Source: Bacteroidota bacterium (GTDB lineage: Bacteria; Bacteroidota; Bacteroidia; Chitinophagales; Chitinophagaceae). From it: a DNA stretch of 64,000 bases. This document shows positions 50,499 through 59,592 of this stretch, in pieces. Location of the stretch: NCBI GenBank assembly GCA_947452555.1, contig CANGDH010000004.1:53553-117552 (forward strand), read 5' to 3'. A model generated the notes under the pieces. That model was not told the DNA's origin and ran no database searches. It saw only the letters and a list, made by a program, of their open reading frames with translations. Each line of letters opens with the position of its first letter. The stretch's first letter is position 1. A program made the translations under genes and the position numbers.

Positions 50499-50768
50499 AT
50501 GAACAAAGCAGAATTAATTGCACATATTGCTGACGCAGTAGAGTGCCCAAAAACACAAGCGAATGCAGCTTTAGACGCTTTTATCGAAGCAGTTACAAAA
50601 GCATTGAAAAAAGGCGATAAAGTAACTTTAGTTGGTTTTGGTACTTTTTCAGTATCTAAGCGTGCTGCAAGAACTGGTCGTAACCCACAAACTGGTGCTA
50701 CAATCAAGATCAAAGCTAAAAAAGTTGCTAAATTCAAGGCTGGTAAAGAATTGAGCGGCAAATTATAG
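50499..50768 (+). CDS. hup: DNA-binding protein HU
   Basis: [35 protein letters not shown]. Confidence 0.97.
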   Translation: MNKAELIAHIADAVECPKTQANAALDAFIEAVTKALKKGDKVTLVGFGTFSVSKRAARTGRNPQTGATIKIKAKKVAKFKAGKELSGKL

Positions 50769-50790
50769 TTCTAAAAAACTAATTTGAAAT

Positions 50791-50829
50791 AAAACCCCTC
50801 GGATATACTTATATTCAAGGGGTTTTTTT
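50791..50829 (+). terminator. Intrinsic terminator after hup
   Basis: AAAACCCC...GGGGTTTTTTT. Confidence 0.75.
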
Positions 50830-50869
50830 ATTTTTGCAGTCAATTCACATTTAACTAAATAACAACATC

Positions 50870-51019
50870 ATGGGAAGAGGAGATAAAAAAACAGCTAAAG
50901 GTAAAAGATTCATGGGATCTTTCGGTGTAAGCAGACCACATAAAACAGCTTCAACCGCACCAAAACCAGCAGCTACAAATGCAGCTACTGCAGCAAAAGC
51001 AACTAAAGAAAGCGCTTAA
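50870..51019 (+). CDS. 30S ribosomal protein bTHX (THX/S31 family), 49 aa
   Basis: MGRGDKKTAKGKRFMGSFGVSRPHK matches the THX signature MGKGDxxTxxGKxxxGSxGxxRP; followed by its own terminator; absent from ORF track. Confidence 0.9.
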   Translation: MGRGDKKTAKGKRFMGSFGVSRPHKTASTAPKPAATNAATAAKATKESA

Positions 51020-51028
51020 GATTTGTAT

Positions 51029-51058
51029 AAAGATCCCCCGAACGCTCGGGGTTTTTTT
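51029..51058 (+). terminator. Intrinsic terminator after bTHX gene
   Basis: CCCCGA-ACGC-TCGGGG-TTTTTTT. Confidence 0.8.
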
Positions 51059-51077
51059 ATACGTTTATATTTAACAC

Positions 51078-51278
51078 ATGAAGCAAAAAATCTTTTTATT
51101 CATTCTGTCATTTCTTGTAACTGCAAGTACTTTTGCGCAATGCGCAATTTGTACTAAAACTGCGGCTCAAATTGGAGAAGAAGCAGGAAGAGGATTCAAC
51201 GCTGGTATCTTATACTTAGCTGCAATGCCTTTTGGAATTATGGGTTACATTATTTACAGATGGCGTAAGAGTCAATAG
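51078..51278 (+). CDS. Small exported/membrane protein with N-terminal CxxC
   Basis: Signal peptide TFA-Q, QCAIC, GFNAGILYL..MP TM helix, basic C-tail. Confidence 0.75.
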   Translation: MKQKIFLFILSFLVTASTFAQCAICTKTAAQIGEEAGRGFNAGILYLAAMPFGIMGYIIYRWRKSQ

Positions 51279-51296
51279 AATTAGTCCTTTTCGCAG

Positions 51297-52208
51297 TTAG
51301 GCATTAAAAAACTGCTTAACAAATTCAAAAATATTAAAGTGTGAGTTAGCCAATGCTATGGTTAATTTTTCTTCAATCAGACGCTCGTCAATACTTTTAA
51401 TTTTATCCGCTACTATTAGTTGAATTGCTTTATTTAGCATTAGTTTTTTCTTGCGTTGTACAGTTTGTAAATTTTCTTGATGAGCATGAATAGCTGCTAT
51501 TAATTCAGTTATTCCAATATTCTGCGTCGCAATCGTTTTCAAAACAATAGGTGACCAATGGATAGTATGATTGTCCATTACCATTTGTTGAATATGATTC
51601 GCAAAAGTTGCTGCGTCAGGCCTGTCTGCCTTATTCACCACAAATAAATCAGCTATTTCCATTAGTCCTGCTTTCATCATTTGAATCTCATCCCCTGCTT
51701 CAGGTACCAAAACGACAACGGTTGTGTCAGCTAAAGCGGCCACTTCTACCTCAGATTGCCCTACCCCAACGGTTTCGACCAGAATATAATCAAACCCGGC
51801 CGATTGCAACAGAGTGGTCATTTCTATCATAGAGCTGTTCAAGCCGCCTAAATGCCCTCTTGACGCCAAGGATCTAATAAATACATGGGGATTCAAATAC
51901 CAGTCTCTCATTCTTATACGATCTCCTAAAATAGCTCCTTGGTGGAAAGGGGAGGAAGGATCCACAGACAATACCGCAACCTTCTTACCATCATTAACCC
52001 AAGCACCAATTAATGAAGAAATAAGTGTGCTCTTTCCTGCACCTGGAGGCCCAGTGATTCCAATAATAGGTGCATTTGTAGGAATAAGCCTTTCTAAAAA
52101 AGAATTGACTCCTTCTTTTTTATTTTCAATACTAGTTAATGATTTAGCCAGCAAAAGAAAATCACCTTTTGCAACTCCAGTTGTAATATTTTTTAAATCA
52201 AAAAGCAT
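51297..52208 (-). CDS. meaB: MeaB/ArgK GTPase (methylmalonyl-CoA mutase chaperone)
   Basis: GITGPPGAGKST, VDPSSP, LGDRIRM, ETVGVGQSE, VNKAD. Confidence 0.92.
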   Translation of the reverse strand: MLFDLKNITTGVAKGDFLLLAKSLTSIENKKEGVNSFLERLIPTNAPIIGITGPPGAGKSTLISSLIGAWVNDGKKVAVLSVDPSSPFHQGAILGDRIRMRDWYLNPHVFIRSLASRGHLGGLNSSMIEMTTLLQSAGFDYILVETVGVGQSEVEVAALADTTVVVLVPEAGDEIQMMKAGLMEIADLFVVNKADRPDAATFANHIQQMVMDNHTIHWSPIVLKTIATQNIGITELIAAIHAHQENLQTVQRKKKLMLNKAIQLIVADKIKSIDERLIEEKLTIALANSHFNIFEFVKQFFNA

Positions 52209-53083
52209 TAAGATCTAATAATTTTATGATTTTTAAAATCAAAAGGACGAATACCAGTCCATTTTTCAAAATAGTAAAGCAGCTTATTTTTTAAAGAGAA
52301 TTGTTTTTTTGAAATATCTAAATCAATCACCCAGTTTTTCTTTTTAATTCGATCTAACATTACGGCAGGATGTGTTTCCTTGAATTTTTCTAAGGAATCG
52401 AAGCCGGAAAAATCGTAATAGTCCGGGCTCGTAATTATTTTTTCCATTTGTGTATCATCATTCCAAAATACACTACTTTCTTTTTGTTTTTTACGCATTT
52501 GTTCCGGACTCTTCACCCATCCATAGTGGTAAATGCTAGCATTGATAGTAGCTACAGGCAATTTAGAATTCCCAATCCTAAATCCTTGCGCATCACGATA
52601 AGCGCTAGTTTTTTTATTGTTTCTAATGATTCTAGTTTCATGTGCATACCATTTTCTGCTATCACCTACATAATCATAAGTGCCAAAAAAATGTTTGTAA
52701 TTAAATAAAAGGCCTTGAACTGCTGTGTCGTCTGCATATTTATTACAAGCTTCGATAATGGCTGGGTGATATTTTTCATGCACCACTTCGTCCCCTTGAA
52801 TATAAAAAGCCCAAGTAAAAGAATCGTCGATTAATTGAAATGCTTTGTCAGTTTCTACTGCTAATACAGTACCTCCTTTTCTCAAATTTTTATCCCAAAC
52901 AGAATGATGTACTTTAATTTTTGCATCCCCGATTGATTCAATCAATGCAATAGTTTCGTCTGTTGAATCTCCTATCAAAACAATCATTTCATCCACTATA
53001 GGCAAAATAGAACGAATGGCTTCCACAATTGGGAAGTCATTAACTACCGCATTTTTAATAATGGTGAAACCTGCTATCTTCAT
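52208..53083 (-). CDS. Glycosyltransferase family 2-like protein
   Basis: SILPIVDE...GDSTDET, YIQGDE, YHYGW. Confidence 0.8.
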   Translation of the reverse strand: MKIAGFTIIKNAVVNDFPIVEAIRSILPIVDEMIVLIGDSTDETIALIESIGDAKIKVHHSVWDKNLRKGGTVLAVETDKAFQLIDDSFTWAFYIQGDEVVHEKYHPAIIEACNKYADDTAVQGLLFNYKHFFGTYDYVGDSRKWYAHETRIIRNNKKTSAYRDAQGFRIGNSKLPVATINASIYHYGWVKSPEQMRKKQKESSVFWNDDTQMEKIITSPDYYDFSGFDSLEKFKETHPAVMLDRIKKKNWVIDLDISKKQFSLKNKLLYYFEKWTGIRPFDFKNHKIIRS

Positions 53084-53189
53084 TTGGGATTTGTTTAGTA
53101 GCTCAAATAACCGAAAACTTTTGCAACTTGCCTATTGTTTTACTTAAACTTTGCTTGAAAGCAGTTAATTTTGAAACTCAAGTACCGTA

Positions 53190-53915
53190 ATGTCAATAAC
53201 CATTTGTTTTGATTTTGGAAACACTCGTTTTAAAGCTGCTATTTTTAATGAAAAAGAGCTGGTAGAAGTATGTGTTTTAGAAAATGCTAGTTTAACACTT
53301 ATAGCAGCCTTAATTACTAAATGGGCACCTAATAAAACCATTTTGTCTTCAGTAATACATCATGACAAGGAAATTGAGGATTTATTGGCTCAAAAAACAT
53401 CATTTCACTTATTAGGTCCCAATACTAAAATCAATTTTACCACCCCTGTAGGAAAACCTGAAACTATTGGGGCTGACAGATTGGCCCTTTGTGCTGCAGT
53501 TGTTGACTTACATCCCGAAAAACATAATCTGGTAATTTCATTGGGAACCTGTATTACTTTCAACTTTATAAGCAATAGGCACGAATTTTTAGGTGGCAGT
53601 ATCTCCCCAGGTATGCAAATGAGATTTAAGGCAATGCATGAACAAACTGCACTTTTACCCCTAATTACCCCTTCAACAGACTTCAATTTAGTGGGATATG
53701 ATACCAAAACTAATATGTTAAGTGGTGTAATTCTTGGCATTGCGGCCGAAATAGATGGCATTATTGGTGCTTATGAAGAAAAATATGGGAACTTTAACGT
53801 GCTATTAACCGGGGGCGACCTTAGTTATTTTGTACCTCACTTAAAAAAGAGGATATTTGCCGACCAAAATTTAATATTTAAAGGATTATATGCTATTAGC
53901 GAAAAAAATAATTAG
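53190..53915 (+). CDS. coaX: Type III pantothenate kinase
   Basis: DFGNTRFK, SSV, GADR, LGTCIT, GGSISPG, TGGD. Confidence 0.93.
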   Translation: MSITICFDFGNTRFKAAIFNEKELVEVCVLENASLTLIAALITKWAPNKTILSSVIHHDKEIEDLLAQKTSFHLLGPNTKINFTTPVGKPETIGADRLALCAAVVDLHPEKHNLVISLGTCITFNFISNRHEFLGGSISPGMQMRFKAMHEQTALLPLITPSTDFNLVGYDTKTNMLSGVILGIAAEIDGIIGAYEEKYGNFNVLLTGGDLSYFVPHLKKRIFADQNLIFKGLYAISEKNN

Positions 53916-55272
53916 GTTAACCACTCTCTTAGTTTTAGTTTGTATTTTAACCCCATCGAAAGCCCAAATTAATTCCCCATTTTCTAGATATGGCTTGGGA
54001 AATGAAAACTTGAATAGTCAAAATGCTACAAGCCAAGGTATGGGTGGTTTTTCTACCGCCTACACAGCAGGTATGAATGGCAGTTATGGACAAAGTATCA
54101 ATTTCAATAACCCTGCTTCATACGGTAATATTTTTATGACCACATTTGATTTAGGATTGAACTTAAATCAAACTACTTTAAAAAGAGCCAATCCCTCAGC
54201 AAGCGAAAAATCAACTTATTTAGTTCCTAATTATTTGACAATTGGATTACCAATTAGTAAAGAGCGAAAAATTGGATTTGCTTTTGGATTACAACCCATT
54301 ACAAGTATTCACTATTCTGTAAATGAATATTTAAAATTAAGTTCTGGTGACTCTATTTATAATAATTACAAAGGTGATGGCGGATTGAATCAACTATTTG
54401 TTGGGTTTGGGAAAGCATGGAAATATGCAAGTTTAGGAATTAACACAGGATATAATTTTGGAAGAAAAGACATTGAAACTATAAAGACAATTACATACAG
54501 TCCAGATACTTCATATTACTATCAATCAAAATCAATTACTAGCACACATTTTGGTGGCGTGTTTTTAAAGATTGGATTATTGGGAGAAGTGCCTGTTAAG
54601 AAAATTGACCACCCACTTACTAAAGAAAAAACAGAATATACACTTAGCTATGGTGCTACCTATTCTTTAGATCAAAGTTTGTCGGGCAAACAAGACATTA
54701 CTAGATCTATTGGTTCATATATAAGTTCTGCGGAAGTGCCTTTGGATACTGCGCTTTCAACTATTGATCATCCAGGTACTATTAAAATTCCTTCAATAAT
54801 TTCTGGGGCAATTGCTTTTCATAAGAAACAAATAGTTGCGAGAGGATCTTATGACGAATGGGTTTTGGGCTTTGAAATGAACCAAGCTTCATGGAAAGAC
54901 AAATATCAATTTTATGGTAAACAAGATCAACTTTCAAATTCATATATGTTTAGAACTGGCCTGCAATACAATCCAGACCCTTATGCTTTTGACAGCTACT
55001 GGTCTACGGTTATATACAGAGCTGGATTCTTTACTGGGAAAGACTACGTTAATATAGATAATAATGGATTAAAAGTGAGTGGATTTACTTTAGGTTTAGG
55101 ATTACCTGTAAGAAAATATCGTTCTTATGATTATCAATTTACAATTATCAATTTAGCTTTACAAGTGGGACAAAGAGGTACTAGCGTAAATAACTTTAAA
55201 GAAAATTTTATGCAGTTTACACTTGGATATAGTCTGAGTGATGTGTGGTTTAATAAACGCAAATATGATTAA
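53890..55272 (+). CDS. Outer-membrane beta-barrel protein (FadL/PorV-like family)
   Basis: Signal peptide, SPFSRYGLG, GMGG, NPAS, G.GGLNQ, C-terminal WF.KRKYD; conserved position after coaX. Confidence 0.78.
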   Translation: MLLAKKIIRLTTLLVLVCILTPSKAQINSPFSRYGLGNENLNSQNATSQGMGGFSTAYTAGMNGSYGQSINFNNPASYGNIFMTTFDLGLNLNQTTLKRANPSASEKSTYLVPNYLTIGLPISKERKIGFAFGLQPITSIHYSVNEYLKLSSGDSIYNNYKGDGGLNQLFVGFGKAWKYASLGINTGYNFGRKDIETIKTITYSPDTSYYYQSKSITSTHFGGVFLKIGLLGEVPVKKIDHPLTKEKTEYTLSYGATYSLDQSLSGKQDITRSIGSYISSAEVPLDTALSTIDHPGTIKIPSIISGAIAFHKKQIVARGSYDEWVLGFEMNQASWKDKYQFYGKQDQLSNSYMFRTGLQYNPDPYAFDSYWSTVIYRAGFFTGKDYVNIDNNGLKVSGFTLGLGLPVRKYRSYDYQFTIINLALQVGQRGTSVNNFKENFMQFTLGYSLSDVWFNKRKYD

Positions 55273-55855
55273 CAGGAAAATTAATACATTTTTAATACTA
55301 GCAGTTACTGGAATCAGTAGCTGCTTTTTTATGGAGTCTTGCGAGAATAATGTAAACGATGTAAAAGCATTAGGTTCAAGAGCTGGTGGCATTGACGTAG
55401 GAAAAGATGTAGCGATTTATATTAGTAACGGAGGGAAATTGAGTGCAAAATTGATGGCTCCAATTATGAATAAATATTTACAAGATAGTGGCAGGATGAT
55501 TGAGTTCCCAAAGTCTATTAAAGTAGATTTTTATAAGGATAGCGCTAAAGTAGAAAGTAAATTAACTGCCAAATATGCGCACTATATTGAATCTGAAAAT
55601 AAAGTTTTTTTAAAAGATGATGTAGTAGTATATAATATTTTGGGGGATACATTATGGTGTAAAGAAATGTATTGGGATCAAATTACAAGTAAATTTCACA
55701 CTGACAAAGAAGTGATTGTAAAACAACATAATCCTATTTCTAAAATATATGGATTAGGATTAGAGGCAAATCAAAACCTAACAGATATTAAAATTTTCAA
55801 GCCGCAATCTAATAGCTTTGCTATTATAAGCGATAGTAGTTCATTACATCCTTAA
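55265..55855 (+). CDS. lptC: LPS export protein LptC
   Basis: Lipoprotein-like signal, EFP....DFY, LTA.YA, VVV.N..GDTL, .YWD beta-jellyroll pattern; start moved to MINRK. Confidence 0.8.
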   Translation: MINRKINTFLILAVTGISSCFFMESCENNVNDVKALGSRAGGIDVGKDVAIYISNGGKLSAKLMAPIMNKYLQDSGRMIEFPKSIKVDFYKDSAKVESKLTAKYAHYIESENKVFLKDDVVVYNILGDTLWCKEMYWDQITSKFHTDKEVIVKQHNPISKIYGLGLEANQNLTDIKIFKPQSNSFAIISDSSSLHP

Positions 55856-55869
55856 TAAATATCACATTT

Positions 55870-56859
55870 ATGGAATACAGAAAAATGGGAAAATCAGGAC
55901 TTCAATTGAGTGCATTAAGCTTTGGAAGCTGGGTGACTTTCCACAAACAAATAGACGATCGTATTGCAGACGAATTGATGGGAATAGCTTATGACGCTGG
56001 CGTTAATTTCTTCGACAATGCAGAAGGATATGCAGAAGGCGAAAGTGAAAAAATGATGGGCCGTATTTTGAACCTAAAAAAATGGGATCGAACTTCCATT
56101 GTACTTTCATCCAAAGCCTATTTTGGATCAAGAGGGAAAGACAATAAACCAAATCAAACTGGATTAAGTAGGAAGCACTTGACAGAAGCATGTCATGAAG
56201 CATTACAAAGAATGCAAACAGATTATTTAGACTTATATTTTTGTCATAGACCTGATAAAACGACTCCCATTGAAGAAGTAGTTCAAACTATGAATACTTT
56301 AATTCAACAAGGTAAAATTTTATACTGGGGCACCAGCGAATGGAGTGGTGTTGAAATAATGGAAGCACATCGTGTTGCTGCAGCATATCGACTTATTGGG
56401 CCTTCTATGGAACAGCCTCAGTATAATATGTTTGAACGTACAAAAGTAGATAATGAGTATTTACAAATATTTAAGAACCAGGGGATGGGTACTACTATTT
56501 GGAGTCCCCTTGCAGCAGGTTTATTAACTGGAAAATACAATGAGGGTATACCAGACGGATCTAGATTCCAAATGGAAGGATTCGAATGGCTAAGAGATAG
56601 ATGGTTAATGCAAGACAAAATTAAGAGAGTACAACAATTGGGTGCGTTAGCAAAAGCATTGAAAGTAAGTACGGCTTCCTTAAGTATTGCTTGGTGTATT
56701 AAAAATCCGAATGTGAGCACGGCTATTTTAGGAGCTACTAGTAAGGCGCAGTTGGTTGATAACTTAACAGCAATGGAAACTGTAGCTTTATTAACAACAG
56801 AAATTATGGAACAAATTGAAGGTATTATTGAATCAAAACCAGTATTGCCAGAGTGGTAG
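55870..56859 (+). CDS. Aldo/keto reductase (Kv-beta-like subfamily)
   Basis: GKSGL..SALSFGSWVTF, FDNAEGY, GLSRKH, YWGTSEW, WSPLAAG.LTGKY. Confidence 0.92.
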   Translation: MEYRKMGKSGLQLSALSFGSWVTFHKQIDDRIADELMGIAYDAGVNFFDNAEGYAEGESEKMMGRILNLKKWDRTSIVLSSKAYFGSRGKDNKPNQTGLSRKHLTEACHEALQRMQTDYLDLYFCHRPDKTTPIEEVVQTMNTLIQQGKILYWGTSEWSGVEIMEAHRVAAAYRLIGPSMEQPQYNMFERTKVDNEYLQIFKNQGMGTTIWSPLAAGLLTGKYNEGIPDGSRFQMEGFEWLRDRWLMQDKIKRVQQLGALAKALKVSTASLSIAWCIKNPNVSTAILGATSKAQLVDNLTAMETVALLTTEIMEQIEGIIESKPVLPEW

Positions 56860-56892
56860 GCTTAAACAAAGAATTTTTATTAACTTTAGTAT

Positions 56893-58128
56893 ATGGTTTT
56901 CGCAATAATAGCATCTCTTATTTTAATCGGCTTCTTTTCAGGCTATGAAATTGGATTTGTCAGTGCTAACCGACTTAGTTTAGAATTAAAGAAAAAACAA
57001 GGTAACCGAGCAGGCATTATCATTTCAAAATTTTTAGAAGCCCCCACTCAATTTATTGGTACTTGTCTAATTGGATTAAATATCTCATTAGTTGTGTTCG
57101 GTATATTATTTGAAGAATTATTAGATACCTATTTATGGACTAAATTAAATCTTGGACCTTATAGTATTTTATTAGGCAATACAATACTGTCTACTACTGT
57201 TATCTTATTAATTGGAGAATTAATACCTAAAGCTATATTCAAAGCCAGAGCGGCTTCCATGATAAGCACTTTTGCACCCTTTGCTTATTTTTTTCATGTC
57301 TTATTTAGACCTTTAACAATAGTACTAGTAAATTTAGCTCAGTGGTTTTTAGGGAATATCCTGCAAGTGAAAATGGTGAATAAAAAAGAAGCATTCACTA
57401 AAGTTGATTTGGCACATTTTGTACAACAAACAAAAGACCAACAACAACAACAAGATTTAAATACTGATTTATTTGAAAATGCATTGAGTTTGCCCGATAT
57501 TAAAATCAGACAGTGTTTGGTTCCAAGAACCGAAATTGTAGGTGTCGAATTGACTACCTCCATAAATGAGCTTCAAAAAATATTCGTAGAGACAAAATTG
57601 AGCAAATTAATTGTATATGAGGAAACACTAGATTCTATTGTTGGATATGTACATCAATTAGATTTATTTAAAAAGCCTACAAATTTAGCACAGGTATTGC
57701 ATCCCATTTTGCTGGTTCCCGAAAGTATGAATGCTGCAGATTTAATTAATCTTTTCTCCAAAAAGAGAAAAAGTATTGCCTGGGTAGTAGATGAGTTTGG
57801 CGGAACTGCAGGCATTGTAACTATGGAAGACGTCTTGGAAGAGATATTTGGCGAAATTGATGACGAATATGATGAACAAGAGTTTTTAGAAAAGAAACTG
57901 TCTGAAACTGAATACGTATTTAGTGGTCGTTTGGAATTAGATTACTTATATGAAAAATATGGGATAGACTTCTCTGCTGACAAGGCAGAAACCTTAAGTG
58001 GCTACTTAATTCATAAATACGAAGCTATTCCAAAAATTAGACAGGTCATACATTTAACTCATTTTGATGCGGAAATATTGGCAGTAAGTGATACTAGAAT
58101 TGAGAAAGTTAAAATACGAATCCACTAG
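56893..58128 (+). CDS. CNNM/CBS/CorC-domain membrane protein (hemolysin/TlyC family)
   Basis: GFFSG.E, GELIPK, VPRTEI, VVDEFGGTAGIVTMEDVLEEIFGEI.DE. Confidence 0.92.
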   Translation: MVFAIIASLILIGFFSGYEIGFVSANRLSLELKKKQGNRAGIIISKFLEAPTQFIGTCLIGLNISLVVFGILFEELLDTYLWTKLNLGPYSILLGNTILSTTVILLIGELIPKAIFKARAASMISTFAPFAYFFHVLFRPLTIVLVNLAQWFLGNILQVKMVNKKEAFTKVDLAHFVQQTKDQQQQQDLNTDLFENALSLPDIKIRQCLVPRTEIVGVELTTSINELQKIFVETKLSKLIVYEETLDSIVGYVHQLDLFKKPTNLAQVLHPILLVPESMNAADLINLFSKKRKSIAWVVDEFGGTAGIVTMEDVLEEIFGEIDDEYDEQEFLEKKLSETEYVFSGRLELDYLYEKYGIDFSADKAETLSGYLIHKYEAIPKIRQVIHLTHFDAEILAVSDTRIEKVKIRIH

Positions 58129-58198
58129 GTATATTTTTAATAATTGTGCCCCCTATTTTCCCCTATAAGCCTTAACTTTATTCCTCATTCACAAGCAC

Positions 58199-59050
58199 AT
58201 GGCAATATTTGATAGATTCAATAAAAATGAAGGTTCAGAAATGTCTTTCATTGATCATTTAGAAGTTTTAAGAGGAACTATAGTTCGTTCATTAGGAGCT
58301 ATTTTAATTACCACTTTAGTTATATTTATCTACAGAGACTGGGTAATGGACAATGTGATTATGGGTCCTATCTATCCAGACTTTATTACTTACCGTGCTT
58401 TTTGTAATCTGAGCCATTATTTACACTTAGGGGATTCACTTTGTATGCCTCCAGTAAAAGTAACATTACAAAGTACCACATTTGGTGGTCAGTTCTTAAG
58501 TAGTATAAGTATGTCATTTGTTGGAGGTATTATTGTAGCATTTCCTTTTGTCTTTTGGCAGGTATGGTCTTTTGTTAAGCCGGCTTTAAAAGAAAAGGAA
58601 TTGAAGAATACTAAGTTTATGATATTCTTTGTGTCTTTCTTTTTCTTCCTAGGTGCTGCTTTTGGATTTTTCGTACTAGGCCCATTTACATTTAACTTCT
58701 TGGCTAGTTTTCAATTAGGTACTAAAGGAACAATTACTACTATCCCGACATTTGCGGATTATTTAGATAATTTGACAAACCTAATATTAGGTTGTGGTAT
58801 AGCATTCGAAATGCCCGTGATTGTATTTTTATTAACAAAGATTGGATTAATCACTCCTAAGTTTTTAACTACAACACGTAAATATGCAGTAATTATAATT
58901 TTAATAGTTGCAGCATTTATTACACCAAGTCCAGACTGGTATAGCCAAACGATTGTATTTATTCCATTGTATACACTATTTGAATTTAGTATCCTTGTTT
59001 CAAAATGGGCACATAAGTCTGTAAAGCAAGATGACGAAGAGTGGGATTAA
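58199..59050 (+). CDS. tatC: Twin-arginine translocase subunit TatC
   Basis: EMSFIDHLEVLR, QVWSFVKPAL, FEMP, AAFITP.PD. Confidence 0.95.
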   Translation: MAIFDRFNKNEGSEMSFIDHLEVLRGTIVRSLGAILITTLVIFIYRDWVMDNVIMGPIYPDFITYRAFCNLSHYLHLGDSLCMPPVKVTLQSTTFGGQFLSSISMSFVGGIIVAFPFVFWQVWSFVKPALKEKELKNTKFMIFFVSFFFFLGAAFGFFVLGPFTFNFLASFQLGTKGTITTIPTFADYLDNLTNLILGCGIAFEMPVIVFLLTKIGLITPKFLTTTRKYAVIIILIVAAFITPSPDWYSQTIVFIPLYTLFEFSILVSKWAHKSVKQDDEEWD

Positions 59051-59097
59051 TAAATAAGTATAACTAAACAGAATTTCTACAACTTAAAATAAACCAT

Positions 59098-59550
59098 ATG
59101 TCATTTGTATTTGACGCGAGTAAACCTATTGCCCTTGGTGCGGACCATGCGGGCATTGATTTTAAAAATCAAGTAAAAACTTGGTTAGAAGAAAAGGGAT
59201 TTACAGTTAAAGATTTTGGAACATATAATACAGATTCTGTAGACTACCCCGACTTCGCGCATCCTACTGCTAGCAGTGTTGAAACCGGAGAATCAAGTTT
59301 TGGTATTTTATTTTGCGGAAGTGCTAATGGAGTTGCAATGACAGCCAATAAGCATGCAGGCATTAGAGCTGGTTTATGTTGGGAAACAGAAATTGCAGAA
59401 TTGACCCGTTTACATAATGACGCCAATATGATATGTATCCCTGCTAGATACGTATCCATCGCACTAGCAAAAGAAATGATTACTAAGTTTATGGAAACTG
59501 CCTTTGAAGGTGGCAGACATCAAAACAGAGTCAATAAAATTGCTTGCTAG
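59098..59550 (+). CDS. rpiB: Ribose-5-phosphate isomerase B
   Basis: GADHAG, VDYPD, CGSANG, ANK, HNDAN, FEGGRH..RV. Confidence 0.95.
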   Translation: MSFVFDASKPIALGADHAGIDFKNQVKTWLEEKGFTVKDFGTYNTDSVDYPDFAHPTASSVETGESSFGILFCGSANGVAMTANKHAGIRAGLCWETEIAELTRLHNDANMICIPARYVSIALAKEMITKFMETAFEGGRHQNRVNKIAC

Positions 59551-59592
59551 AATTTATAATACAGGCCTTCTAACGATCATGAAAATTTACCT

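Noticed and set aside
57439-57453. (CAA)5 microsatellite in the CNNM/CBS gene as a phase-variation site
   Set aside because: In-frame trinucleotide run encoding a short poly-Gln linker; slippage would not shift the frame.
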